Under the pieces are notes generated by a model. It did not search any database. It saw only the letters and a list, made by a program, of their open reading frames with translations, and was not told the origin of the DNA. A stretch of 64,000 nucleotides of DNA from Salpingoeca rosetta (taxonomy: Eukaryota; Protista; Choanoflagellata): contig JAWQFM010000018.1 of assembly GCA_033442325.1 (NCBI GenBank), forward strand, positions 918,996 through 982,995, written 5' to 3'. A program made the position numbers and the translations under genes. Below are positions 22,619-36,409 of the stretch, piece after piece; the stretch's first letter is position 1, and the number at the start of each line of letters is the position of its first letter.

Positions 22619-23137
22619 CCGCAAACACGCAAACACGGAGGCACTCACACACACAGGCACACACAGACACACACACACAGACACACACACAGACACACAC
22701 ACAGACACACACACACACACACACACACAAACAACGCACCACTCTTGTGGGAGGTTGGCCGTGACATTGGCGTTTTGGTTGTTCATGAAGAGGTCAAACC
22801 AGAAGAACACTGGCTGGCTGTCTTCCTTCCTTGCTCTTTGCTCCTCTGCAAACTCGAGCAAGACGGTCAACACGTCTGCGATCTTGTATCGCCACGCGTG
22901 CGACACAAACACAGTGGCTTTGCCCACATGTTCATGTGGCGACTGTTTGCGCAAGAGATCGACGTAGGCGCAGTTGTCTTGTTGTGTGCGTGGCACCACA
23001 AGCTGTTTGCAGGCATCCTCCGTCGTCATCTCAGTGTACGTGTCGGGGAACTTCTTCTTCAGGTCTGCGAGGAATGCCTTGATCGCCTCCACAGACACGC
23101 CGTCCGTCAGGCGGAGCTCGGTGTCATCGTTGGCCAT
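21054..23137 (-). CDS. TIR/HET-like N-terminal domain + seven 42-aa TPR repeats + C-terminal CaaX (about 610 aa, 2 exons)
   Basis: Exons 23137-22740 and 22488-21054 join in phase (QEW|WSTTF). Kinesin-light-chain-type TPRs TAxTYNNLGxAYxxKGEYDKAIxxYEKxLAIxxxxLGEKH. Ends GGCCSVL*. Confidence 0.9.
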
Positions 23138-23368
23138 CGTTCTTTGGGGCGAAGCTGCGACGACGGAAGAAACGAAGTTGGAGGGGGGGGGGGCGGGAAA
23201 CGAAATCGAGGAGTCGAGGGGCGTCTACCGAGCAAGCGCGATATTTGTGGTTGTTCTGCAACCTCAACAGCAAAGCGCCCCAAATTATTGTCCCGCCCCA
23301 GGAAAATCCGCCAGGCGTTCTTTCATCCGCCAAGGATTCGAACACAGTGAGTAAGCTGTTGTGTGTGT

Positions 23369-23402
<34 letters not shown>

Positions 23403-24611
23403 CTGTGTGTGTGTGTGTGTGTCTGTGTGTGTCTGTGTGTGTCTGTGTGTGTCTGTGTGTGTCTGTGTGTGCTGTCTGTGTGTGTGTGTGTCTGTGTGTG
23501 TCAGTGTGTGTGCATTGAAGCACTCTTCTACTCTTCGCCATGCTACCATGCATCCTCAACATGGCAACGAGCCATGTGCTCATGTGGATGGAAGGACGGA
23601 AAAAGGGAAAAGATGGGAACACCCATTCACTCATTCACTGTCGTTGAGGAGTCCTCAAATTGTTGATGTCAGTATCCTTCTGCTCATCTTCGTGTTGGAA
23701 GATCTGGGAGTCTCATCGTCACTGTGTCAGCACCACGCACAGACACCGTTCCATCCTGGTCTTGGTGATTGGCGTCAACATGCCAACGCACGCACTCACG
23801 CGTGACCCGTGGCAACCCCTCTTCCGTACACTCGTGCTCGATTGGACTAGTCTGCTCCCGGCTGAAGCTTTCCTCTTCTGTGTCCGCTCTTCTCCTCTAT
23901 GTAGTTATTCTCCAGCAATTATCGGGTAGGTTCACTCGTTCACGAACACTTGTTCGCTTGTTCTTCTGTCTTCCCCACTCACCTTCCCTTCTTCCTCTTC
24001 GATCATTAAGTCATTATTGCCCTGTGTTCAAGTGTTCATTCTATCGTGTACACCAGCAAGGCAACCAAAGCCAACGCACGTGCCAAGATAACACATGTTC
24101 TGGGATGCATACAGACAGCATTACGCATGCTCTCTCACTCAAGCAAGCACAATCGAGTCAACTGCAGTTCTCTTCACTCCACACGGCCACAATCAAGAGA
24201 AGACAATCACTAGACCCTTAGATCCCTCACCATCGTGCAAGCGACAGCGATGACACTCTCCTACTCTTTCTTGTATGCTACACATGCCTGTATGCACATG
24301 CCCACAGGCACATCCTCTTGTCACGAGGTAACGTCCAGGTCCACACCCCCCCCCCCACGAGAGGAGGCAGTTCTCTTCTAGATCTAGAGTTCTTCACGCC
24401 ACGACCCTACGACCGCTTCACCACTGCTGTCCTTCCTCCTTGCAACAAAGCAACAAGTTGTGGGAAAGGTGCAACAGCAGAGCATTCATTGAAATCATTC
24501 GCAAATTGTCCCATCGCCACACACAAAACAACAACAAGCAACAAGCAACAACGCCCACCACCCCCACCAACTTCGACACACCACAACACAACAAGACAAC
24601 ACCACAGCACC

Positions 24612-25691
24612 ATGTCGGGCACGATGACACGGCGAGAGGCCATGATGGCCGACTGGGATCTGCGCGGTGCTCCCCGCAAACGCCAGCGCGAGCGAACAAA
24701 GGACATCATCAAGTATGGCGCCATTGGGGACTTTTTCGTGAGGCAAGTTTTGTCTGTGGTGAGGAAGTGAGAGACGAGGAGGGTGTTTTGGTGGGGGTTG
24801 GTTGTTGTGTGCGTGCATGTGCGTGTGTGTGTGTGTGTGCAGTCCGTTTCAAAATGCCCTCGTGGGTGCGGCGACGGGGATATATGTGTATGTGTATGTG
24901 TATGTGTATGTACGTGCGTGTGTGTAATGTGTGTATGCTGTGGGAGGTGCGTGTGTGCGCGCGTGTGTGTTCAATACGAAGGAGTTGTGTTCACGCTGTT
25001 GTCGCGCTTCCGCACACATGCTCACGTACACACATGCTCACACACATACATACACACACATGCTCACACATACTCACATGTACGTAATCATAATGATAGG
25101 GCGGTGGAGAGCCGGCCAGGGAGCTTGGCGTTGATTGTGAAAGTGGCAAAGAAGAAGAAGAAGAACTTCCTAATTGAACCACTGCCAGACTGGAGTGCAT
25201 TCGTGTTGGCCGGCCACCCGACGCATTTTGCATCCTTGCAGGACCTGCTCAACAACTTTGCCATGCGCGCCACTGCACCGATACCTGTCCGGCTCACCAG
25301 CATTTCGCCGTACGCGGGCGCCAAGCCACGCAAGAGTGCCGCCACGCTCAGCCAGGCGGTTCCCGGTTATGGCCGCAGGCCGCCCGTACGCTCGCCCAAC
25401 GGTGCCTCATATGGGCAGCAGCTGCAGGCTCTCGAACAGCTCGCCGCCCAGGGCACCCCCGAGGCCCAGCAGGCCGCAGAGGTGCGTTTTGTTTTGCATC
25501 ATGCCATACCTCGCCGTCACAATGCTGGTGGTGATGACGATTATGATTGTGGTTGCGGTGGCACACACACTCGCGGCCGGCCTTAATGTTCTTGCACTCA
25601 CACACACACACACACAACACACATACACACACCCACACACACCCACACCCACCCACACACACACACACACACACTCACACCCACCCACACA

Positions 25692-25772
<81 letters not shown>

Positions 25773-26737
25773 ACACACACACACAGAGACGAGAGACACG
25801 ACAACGGCACAGACACATACAACAACACACATGCGCGGGAAATGCAGAGCTACACAGAATGACAACCCAGCGGCACTGAATCACCTACGATACGCCCATG
25901 GCATACGCGGGTCCGGGCCATGAAGGTTTCCAGCAGTTGGTGCGGGCGCAGGGGGGCTGCTGGGGCGTGTGGCGGTGTACAAATGGGGGTTTATTGGCAA
26001 TGGCTTATGACACGAAGGGGACGTAGCCTGGTGACATGTTGGCTGAATATTCTTCAGAAGTCCTTGGGGAGGGCATACGACTACCCTTTCNNNNNNNNNN
26101 NNNNNNNNNNNNNNNNNNNNNNNNNNNNNNNNNNNNNNNNNNNNNNNNNNNNNNNNNNNNNNNNNNNNNNNNNNNNNNNNNNNNNNNNNNGTTACAGAAT
26201 TAGGTTAGCCTGGAGTGAACTGATAAAAAAAAAAAAAAGGATAAATGTATGAAGGTAACTGGTCGCATACGCTATAAATCAGCGTAGACCTCGGATGCAA
26301 CACAAAAAAAAAAAAAAAACAAGAGAGCTACGACGTAGTCGACAGAATGATGCCGGCACATCGCCCTGAACGATACCAAGAGACGCACGGAAAAAGATAT
26401 CACCTATAACGACCTAAAAGAAAAAAAAAAATGAACCTCCGTCAGGTGCGTAGCACACACCCACACACCCACACGCAACACACACACACACATACTGCAG
26501 GCCCAGTTTGAGCTGCTTCGCAAGCGATACGCCGTGCAGCAGGCGCGCGTCGAGGCCCTGGAGGTTGCCATCAGCGTGAGTGGTCCGATACTGTTATGGT
26601 CATGTGTGCGTACGCGTGTAAAGGCACTTTTTTCGGCAGTGTCATTCCACACGATGCAGTCATGCATCTCTTGTGCTGTAAACTGTTTGTTCTTCACAGT
26701 GTCGTGTCGCTAGAACTACACTCCCATCTCCCCCCTC

Positions 26738-26803
<66 letters not shown>

Positions 26804-27373
26804 GACGACAGCACGTGCGGAGCGGCGGTGACCCGGGTTCGCTGCAACACGTCATGTCGCACGTGGGCGGCAATGTTCCCGCCAATTCTCGCGGCGGCGT
26901 GCCCATTGCCCAGCCAGGCGACTCCATCTCGGGGGTCCTCAACATGCGTGGCCAGATTGAGCCGTATCCACGCAACAGACACCACCAGCAGCAACAGCGG
27001 GTAAGTTCACGAGTGTCGCTTGCATCTCTGTGCGTGTGCGTGTGCGTGTGCGTGTGCGTGTGTGCGTGAGATGTGAGCACTTGTTTACATCCCACTCCCC
27101 CACACCCACCCATGCACATTTGTGTACATGCGTGCGTGAGACCTCAACAACACCCTTCCTCGTTTTTCACGTTCCTCCTTGTACAGCTGTCTGCGGTGCC
27201 TGAATCGCCACAAGAGCGCCAGCAGCCCACACGCGGGCCGGCCCGCGGCAGTTTCGTCACCCCGCTCTGTACGTGCAGGGCGTGAGTGAGTGAGCGAGTG
27301 AGTCTGTGTGTGTGTCTGCCAGGGGTGCGATTGTTCTCGCGCTCACATTCGCTTTTTTGCACGCTTTTCTTTT

Positions 27374-27455
<82 letters not shown>

Positions 27456-27456
27456 G

Positions 27457-27497
<41 letters not shown>

Positions 27498-30061
27498 ACA
27501 CATACATACACGCAGCGCGCGGTGGGCGGGCGCGTGGGTCGCGGCCAAACGCGCTGGAGGACATTTTGTCTGATCCGCAGGCGATCAAGGAGTCTGCAAT
27601 CCTTCAGCAGGAGTTGGAGCTGATGCGGGCAAAGAAGGAGCAGATGAAGCTTGAACTGAAGCTCATTGAGCGAAAGCGGCGTGCACGCCTGAAGAAGAAG
27701 CGTGGCGGGGGCCTCACCACCAGCACGAGCGAGGATGATGACACGACCGAGGGCGGGTACAGCAACCACCCGGATGATGACGAGTATGACGAGGACGACG
27801 ACAACAACAACGACGACCTGGCTGAGCTGGATGCCCTGCAGGAAGAAGGGTCCACCATTGTTCTCGGCGGCCTCATCTCAGATGCAGAGGCCGTGGAGGA
27901 GGCGCAGCGGCTGAACAAACACATCCGCGAGCTCAAGCGTCGGCTGCTCGTGCTCTCACGCAAGCAGGCCGCCCTGGACAAGAAGAAGCGCGGACAGCTG
28001 TTCCGGCGGCCGGGGAAGAAGGAGGCGAGAGAGATGCAGCGGCAGTATGACGAAATCAACCGCGAACGCAAGCAGCTCGAAGAGGAGATGAAGAAGCTCT
28101 TGGAGGAGCGACACCAGTTCAACATGCTCGCCCTGCAGAAGGAGATGGACGTCCAGCGAACGGCCATGGAGAAGCAGCGTCGGCTCATGGAGGAGGAGCG
28201 CCTCAAACACATGGAGGAACGCGAGCAGCTGCTGGCCAAGCTGGACGAAGAACGCCTCAAGTGGAAGGAGGAGCAACTCAAGTCCCCACCGGTGTCAGAG
28301 ACAGCAAGCGCCACCGGCACAGGCAGCGGCAACGGAACACGGGGAGGGAACAACACCAGCACCGCCACCAGCAACAGCAACAGCAATGGTAACGCTCGCT
28401 TCCAGCCCGCGCGCGGAGTGGATGTGCCACGCGCGGACACGGGCGGGTTCACAGCCAACAGCAACACCCCCGACTGGCTCTCCGTCTTGCGCAATCGCAA
28501 GGCAGGTGTGTCCACGAACTCTGGCGATGACCAGACCACGTCCAGTGACAGGTTCAGCGGCGCCAACAGCAACAACGACGTGAGGAGCAACCCCAACGCA
28601 AGCGTGGGTGCGCTTGCCTCGAAATTCAGCTCGCAGCCTGTCAACTCGTCCTCCTCTGCCCACACGGCATCATCTTCTTCCGCTTACCGCAGCAGCAACA
28701 ACAGCAACAGCAACAGCAACAGCAACTACAACAGCAGCACCACCAATGCGTATGGCAGCACAGCAACCACCACCACACACCACACACACACCACCACCTC
28801 AGCAACAGCAACAGCAGCCACTGGTGGCAGCAGCAGCAGCGCGAGCAGAGGCGACACAAAGAAGGAGCGAAGGGGCTCCAACGAATCATCAGCCTCTTCC
28901 TTGTCGTCCTCGTCGTCGTCCGCAGCAGCGTCCGACGGCAAGGGGGGTGAAGAGGTGTCTGCGGAGGCACTAGATGTCACCATGATTGACCGTGACAGCG
29001 ACATGGACGATGACGAGTGGGACCGGTACCTCGCTGCGCGCCGTGCTGCCCTGGAGAAGAAGGCCGAGGAACGCCGCAAGGCAATTGCAGCGCGCGAGGA
29101 GCAGCTGAGGGAGGCGGAGATGCAGCGCATGCTGCAGTTGGAGAGGGAGCGATACGAGCGCGAGCTTGAGGACAAGCTGACGCGCCTGCGGGAGGAAGAA
29201 GAGCGACGCAGGCAGCGAGAAACAGAGCTGCGGGAGCGGGAGGAGGCCGAACGCAAGCGTCTCGAGGCGCAACGCAAGGAACTTGAGGAGAAGGAGCGCG
29301 AACGACAGGAGAAGGAGCTTCAATCCCGTGAGGCAGAACGCAAGCAGCGCGAGGCCGAGCTGCTGAGCGCGTTGGAGGATGCACGCCAGCGCGAACAAGA
29401 GTTTAAGGAGTTTCTGGCGACGCAGGAGTCGCGCCGTGAACGCGAAGAGCGCGAGTGGAAGGAGCGGGTTGCCAAGGAGAAGCTCGAGCTGCAGCAGAAG
29501 ATTGAGGAGGAGACGGAGAAGAAGCGACGGGCGCAGCAGGCGAGCCTGGCGCAGTTGAAGCGGCAGCGTGAGGCGCTGTTGCAGCAGCAGCGCGCGTTTG
29601 AGGAGGCCATGGCCAAGATCCAGCAAGAGGCAGCGCAGTCCAAAGCAACGGCGTTCCGCGCCCTGCAGGAGGTGGAGCGGCAGCAACACATGCTGCAGGT
29701 TGAGTCGACCGGTGGCGACTACGAGGAACTGGTGGAAGGGTTTGACTCGTTTGGCATGGGTGATGACGCCGACAACCTGTCGTCCTTCTCCGTGTTCTCG
29801 TCCACCCCTGTTCCCGCCGCCACCACCGGCTCGCGCACGAGTGCCGGCAGCAGCAAGCGCGGCAGCAGCAGCAGCGCCAGCGGCGGTGCATCCCGCTCCA
29901 AGGCGCACCTGCAGGAGACGCCGCAGGAGCCGCTTCGTCTGGTCAAGTTCAAGAAACCGCAGCAGCGCGGCGGCAGTGGCAGTGGCAGTGGCGGCAGTGG
30001 CAATGAGCAGTGCACCTTCCTTGGCAACTGCACCTGCCCCAAATGTCGCCAGGCCTCCTAA
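24612..30061 (+). CDS. N-terminal SH2-domain protein with long charged coiled coils and a C-terminal Cys cluster
   Basis: Spliced GAIGDFFVR|AVESRPGSLALIVK..NFLIE..FVLAG..HFASLQDLLNNF..PIPVRL resembles an SH2 domain. In-phase exons at about 24612-24742, 25100-25481, 26501-26575, 26812-27000, 27187-27268 and 27516-30061. One intron contains the assembly gap, so exons may be missing or two genes may be merged. Confidence 0.65.
26091..26190. other. Assembly gap (100 N); flanks look like low-quality read ends
   Basis: Run of n with atypical, poly-A-rich flanks (~25920-26430). Confidence 0.98.
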
Positions 30062-30857
30062 ACGGCTGCGTGTGTGTATGTGTGTGTATGTGTGTGTATG
30101 TGTGTGTATGTGTGTGTATGTGTGTGTATGTGTGTGTATGTGTATTTGTATGTGTGTGTATGTGTGTGTATGTGTGTGTGCGTGTGCGTATGTGTATGTG
30201 TGGTGTCATCGCGTGTTCACAAGCGCATAGACACATACGCACAGCGTGTGTTTTGTTTTAGGTTCTGATGGACATGCATGCGATGTGACATGTTGTCTCT
30301 TGCCAAGTCAGCCGTCTCTGCGTAGTGCCCAAACAAACGTTGCACGTTTTTCCCACTGCTCTTTTCAGTCCTGTCTTCTTCACATCGTTTTACAGTTTTT
30401 TTTCTCTCTGCGTGCATGGGTTTGTCTGTGTTTGCCAGTCATCACCACCACCACCACCATCATGTATCACATTTCCCCAAAGAGTGTCACTCGTCCATTG
30501 TTTTCACACTGTTCATGCTCAAGGCATGTTGACTGACTTTGTGTGTTGCTTGTGTTTTGCTGACACGGATGTCTCTCTTTTTTGATTCCTTTTGTTTCTT
30601 ACAGCTGTCGATGTAAACGCGTGCATGTGTGTGCGAGTGTGTGTGTATGTGTGTGTGTGTGTGTTCGCACGCGCCTCTTTTTTCTCATAGACTTTTGATG
30701 GGCGAGAGGGTACTGCTGTCTTCTTGTCCCTCTCTTACACAAGCAAGCCGCGCAAAGAAAACGCAAAACCAAAACCGCCCAAGCTTGGCGGGAAAGGGAA
30801 ACCACTTGAATCGCTCCTGTTGATGAAACAAACACATATACACAGGCAGACAGACAG

Positions 30858-30891
<34 letters not shown>

Positions 30892-30940
30892 GTATACACA
30901 CACACACACACACGTACACACACACACACACACACACAAC

Positions 30941-30983
<43 letters not shown>

Positions 30984-31020
30984 ACACAAACACACACACA
31001 CACACACACACACAACATCG

Positions 31021-34000
31021 TCAGTGCTCAACGACGACGTCCAAATCAGAAAGGCCAAGCCTTGAAGTCGGCTCGTGCATCGTATCATTGCCAGCATTAC
31101 CACCGTCCACTGCAGACACATCAGTACGACCGCTGCCGCTGTCGAGACCACCGACGAAACGGCGTGTCTGCGCGTTCACCACAGCACCAAGCTCATCGTT
31201 CACTTGCTCCGCGCGCTGCCGCATGCGTCGTTCCTGGCTGAGTTCACGCCGCAGGGTACGCTCCTCCGTCTTCTTGCGAAGCGTTGTCGATGCCTCATCG
31301 TGCATCTGTGACAGCTGCTCCTCCAACATGTGTTTGTCACGCTGGAGCGCCCGCAATTGTCGCTGCAACTCGTCAATCACCTCAGGCTGCACGCCAGTCG
31401 CGCTGCGCCCGTGCAAAGACGAAGACGCCCCCACAAACTGCTGTTGCTGTTGTTGGTGGTGGGTTGTGTCGGTTGTATCCCACATACGCAACAAGTTGTC
31501 GCCTCTTGCACGTTCGTAGTTCACATCCTCCTCCTTCTGCCGCAGCTGCTGCCGCAGCGCCTCCATCGTCGCCTTCTGCTCCATAACAATCGACCGCAGC
31601 TGCTCGTACGATGTGTACGTCATCTGCAGCTCGTGTGTCAGCGTGTCCTTCAACGCCCCCATCTCCTCCAGCCGCCGCAACAGCGCTTCCGTGTCCACCT
31701 GTGACCCCCGCGGCTGTTGACCGTCAAGCCCTTGCTGCTGCTGTTCCTTCTGTTGCTCGTCCCGTGCGCGCTTTGCCGATGCCTCTGCCTCCTGCACAAG
31801 CTGCTGCATGCGGTCATTCAGCTCTTGCACCCGCCGCTCCTTTGCCAGGTGCTCCTGCTCCAATTCTTCAAGCTTCGTCAGCGCCTGCGCGTGCTGCTCG
31901 CGCGCCTTCACCAGGTGCTCCTCGTGTGAGTGCAGCTGCGCCGTGAGCCGCGCAATCGTCTCGTACTCATCCACGCCAGCAAAGCTGCTGCTCCCCAGCC
32001 CGCCTGTCGCCGTCCTGTTGCCAGCAGTGACGTTTCCACCACCACCGCCCACTCTGGCCCCTGCCGTTGCTGCTGTTCGACGCAGCACGCGGACGCTCTC
32101 CCGCAACTCGTCAATCGTGCGATGGGCCGCCGTCAGCTCAGAGGTGCGCGTCTCCAGACGATGGCGAAGCTGCGTTGTCTCCTGCCGCAGCGTGTGCACG
32201 TCATCCTCAGCGCGGTGCAGCCGCGTAACAGTGTCCTTGTGCGACACGTTGCCCTTGACATGCTGCTGCTCACTCAGTTGCGCACGCTCACGCGCTTCCT
32301 TCTCCGCGCGGGCGATGCGCCTGTTCTCTGCCAGCAAGTCCTCCTCCCGCCGCCGCAGCCGCTCCACCTCTCGGGACAGCTCGTCAGCACGTCGGCGGTC
32401 CCCGGCGTGGGCGTCACCACCACCACCACCACCACCACCACCACCAAGCCCAGTTGCAGTGGCGGTGCCGGTGCGCAGGCGAGCCATGCTGCCACCCAAA
32501 TCACCTCCTGCTGCACTGCCAAGTCGCTTGTTCAGCCTGTCCACTTCTCGCTGCAGGGACTGCGCTCGCTCGCGCCACTCCACGCACTCCGCCTGCAGTG
32601 CATGCATCTCTCGCCTCAGGTCTGCCTGGCTGCGCTTGTCATCGCTCACCGTGCCCAGTGCATCGTCTCGCGCGCGTTCAACCACCTGCAACCTGTCCTC
32701 GGCCTCCGTCAGCTTCTGCCGCAGCTCAGCCACGCGCTCCTGCGCCGCCGCCGCCTCCTCCCTTGCCTGCGCCCGCTCTGCCTCGCGTTGCGCCTGGCTC
32801 TCCTCAAGCTCCTTCTTCAACCGCTTCACCTGCTGCGCGCTGCGGGCGGAATTGCCGCTCTCGGCCGTCAGCTTCCCCTGCGCCGCCGCCAGCTCGTGCT
32901 CCAGTGTCTCCTGGCGCGCAAGCGCGCGCTGGTGGGCCTCCTCCTTCACCTGCGCCTGGCCCTCAGCGCGTGCAAGCGCCTGCTGCGCCTGTGCAATCTC
33001 TTCCCCAAGCCGGCGCACCTTCTTCTCGAGCTCGCGCATGTCCCGCTCCCGGGCAGCTGTCGCCTCGTGCGCCTGCGAGATTTCGCGCTCGCGGTCCGCC
33101 ACCTCCGCTTGCAGGCCCTCCACACGCTCCTCAAGGCCAATCGCCTTCTGCTTGAGCGCCGTGTTGGTGCGCGTGAGGTTGGCAAGCTCAGCCTGCAACT
33201 GTGCCTCCACCTCCTGGTCAGCCGTCAGTCGTGTCTGGTCCGACTGCAGCAGCGCACGCGCCTCCTGCAGCTGCAGCTCCAAGTCCTTGGCTGCTTCCTC
33301 GTACAGGGATGCGTTGCGGCGTGCCTGTTGCAGTTCAATCTCCAGCCGCTCCACCTCCGCGCTGTCCTGTCGGTAGCGCTCAGCGTCAATGCGCGCTTGT
33401 TGCTCTTGCTCGCTCAGTGACAGCTGCAGTCGCTCGTATGCCTCCTCCAGCTGCCTGTACCGCCGCTCCGCCTGCTCTGCCGCCAACTGCGCCTGCTGCA
33501 CCGCGCCCTGCTCCTCTTCAAGCTGCTGCTCCGTGCGGCGGAGGGCGCCGGCCAGGCGGTCGTGGTCCTGCTTCAGGTCCTCCACCACATCCTCAAGCTC
33601 AGCAACGCGCGCGTCCGCCACCTGCTTGGCGCGAACAGCGGCGTCCCTGTCCCTGCGCGCTGCCCGCGTCTCCTCATGCACAGACACGGCAACCCGCCCG
33701 GCCTCCGACTGGGCAAGCGCCCGCTTGGACGAGCTCTCGAGTTGCGCAATCTCGTCCTCGGTGCGCTGGCGAAGACGGGCCAGGTCCTCCCGCATGGCCG
33801 CCTCGTCACGCTCCCGCTGCTCCGCCAGCCGCTTCTGGTGCTTGGCGCGCTCCTGCTGCAACGCTTCCTCCATGTCTGCGAGCGCGGCCTGCCTGTCGTC
33901 TTCGAGCCGCTGTTGAAGCTTCCGCAGGTCCTCCTCCATGGCGTGACGACGCGCTTCCATCTCTTCCCGCATCGCCTTCTCGTCCTCAGCAGCGCGGTCG

Positions 34001-36372
34001 CGCGCCTGCTGCCGTGTCCGCTCTGCGTCCTCCTTCGCTTGCTTGCGCGTCTCGCTCGCGTCGTGCTCCGCAGCCGCGCGTGCCTCCTGCAGCCGCTGCT
34101 CCGTCGCCTCCTCCAGCTCGCAAAGGGCACTGCGCTTACGCTCAAAGTCCGCGTCGGCCGCCTGTCGGCGCTCGTCAAGCTCGGCGTCGAGCCTGCTCAG
34201 CGCGTCCTGTCGCCGCCGTCGCACGTCCTCCTCCACCTCGCCCGCCTCGGCTCTCAGCCGCGCAATCTCCTCTTGCAAACGCGTCTTCTCCCGCTGCAGT
34301 GCATCCACTTCCTCCTGCAGGGCCCGCCTGCGCGCCTCCGCATCCCGCGCACCGTCCTCGGCCGCCTGCGTGCGGATGCTGTCTGCTTCGCTGCGGGCGT
34401 CACGCACCACCTGGCGTGCCTCCTGTGTTGCGCGCGATCGCACCTCTTCAGCCTCGTCCTCCGCCCTCTGTGCGGCTGTCGCTGCAAGCTGCTTGGCCAA
34501 GTCCGCATCGTGCTCTGCTGCCGTGCGCACGCGTTCTGCTTCGCGCTTGGCCTGTGCAAGCGCCTCCTCAGCGCGCTCCTGCGCCTGCCTTGCGTCCTGC
34601 TCCAGCTTTGCGCGGTGTGCACGTCGTGCCTCCTCCATCTCCTCCTCCTGCGCCTGCTGCCGCTGCTCTGCGTCCCGCCGTGCCTTGTCCCTCAGCGCCT
34701 TGGCTGCTCGCTCCGCCTCCTCCGTGATTGCTGCCGCTTCGTCACGCGCCCGGTCCCGCACCTGCTGCGCCTCTGTCTGCGCCTGTCGCTTGACCGCGTG
34801 TGCGTCGGCCTCTGCCTGCGTGCGCATCTTCTCTGCCTCGAGGGCGGCGCGTGCGCGACTTGCATCGCTCTCCACCATGGACCGCTCGGCCCTGTCAGCG
34901 CGGTCTCGCTCCTCGTGCTCCCGCGCGTGTGCCACGATCCGGTCCGCTTCGCTGCGCGCGTCATCAATGATGCGACGGCGCTCATCTTCGGCAATCGTGC
35001 GGATGTGGGCTGCCTCCTGCTCGGCAAGCGTCAGCCGCAGCTGCGCCTGTGTCAACAACATGCTGTCCACACCGCCAGCAACAGCACCGCTCGTGTTGGC
35101 GGTCGCCTGCCCGCTGCCTTGCTGCTGCTGCTGCTGCTGCTGTGATGACGATGTGTTGTGACCAGCAAAGGTGTCACTGCTTGCTCGCCGCTCCTCCAAG
35201 TCGCGCTGCAGCTGATCCAGGATCTGTTCACGCTGCTCGCGTGTCAGCATCACTGTTGACGACCCCGGCGACACGCCAGAGAGGCCCGAGCGAGAGCGGT
35301 GTACGCCCACGCCGCTGCCGCGATCGCCGCCACGACCAGGGATAGTGATGCCGCCAATGGCCTCGCCATCGTCTTCAAAGCGAACGTGCGAGCGCGAAGC
35401 AGCAGCAGCAGCAGCAGTGTCAGTGTCTTCATCAAGCCGGGTGGCATTGACGCTCCCACTCATCTCGTCTGATGTCTGCAGGTCTCGCAGCACCTGCGAC
35501 GCCGTGAACCGGTCATCACCCTCGCGTGAGAGGAACGACGATGCCAGCCGACCGAGCTCATCGTCCCGCTCCGCCAGGCGCGATGCGTTGGCCGTGTCCG
35601 CTGCAGCTGCGTTTGCCGCTTGCTCAAACTCGGCGTGAGCGGCAGCGACAATGGCCTCGTCATCATCGTGGTGCATGCCGCTGCCGCCACCACGGGCAGA
35701 GGTGTTGGCTGAGCGGTACGGTGACCGCTGCTGCTGCTGCTGCTGCTGTTGTTGTTGTTGTCTTTGGTGCTGACGCATGAGGGCGAGGCGAGGGTCGCGC
35801 ACACCGTTGAAGCTTGCGTCAGCATCGTCGGCATACACGTCGCCGTCATTATCGCCATCACCAAACCGCGTGCGGTTTTCAGAGAGGATGGAGTTGTACT
35901 CTGCACCGCGGAACGACAAGTCATCGTTCCGGTCCCACTGCGTCACGTTCGAGGCAGGATGGTGGCTGGCAGTGGTGGTGTTGTTGTAGTTGTTGTCGTT
36001 GTTGTTGTTGTTATTGTTGGTGGCGGTGGTGGTGCGGCCGTGACGGCGCGGGAGGACGATGGAGGGGTGTGCAGCCACGATACGTCGCGCCTTTGCACGG
36101 TACCGCAGGTGATGCGCAAGATCATCAAAGTCTGACGGGTTGGTGTTTGTGAGGGTGTTGAAAGAGGGAGGGGGATAAAGTGTGAGAACCGTACTCGGGG
36201 ATCTAGGCGCAATATGCGAAGAAGGTGGCTCGAAATGCGTGGACAGGCAGTGTGACGGACAGGCAGACGAAGGAAGAGGCTGACACACACACACATGAAC
36301 ACGTTGACATAAATCCGCACATATTCATGCACAGCAGCACACACGCACGCACACACGCACACACACACACAC

Positions 36373-36409
<37 letters not shown>

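Noticed and set aside
23640-24300. Microsatellite-free spacer as a possible transposon remnant or small gene
   Set aside because: No recognisable protein motif, terminal repeat or target-site duplication.
25900-26430. Atypical, A-rich sequence suggesting an insertion or foreign DNA
   Set aside because: It flanks the N gap and is best explained by low-quality read ends.
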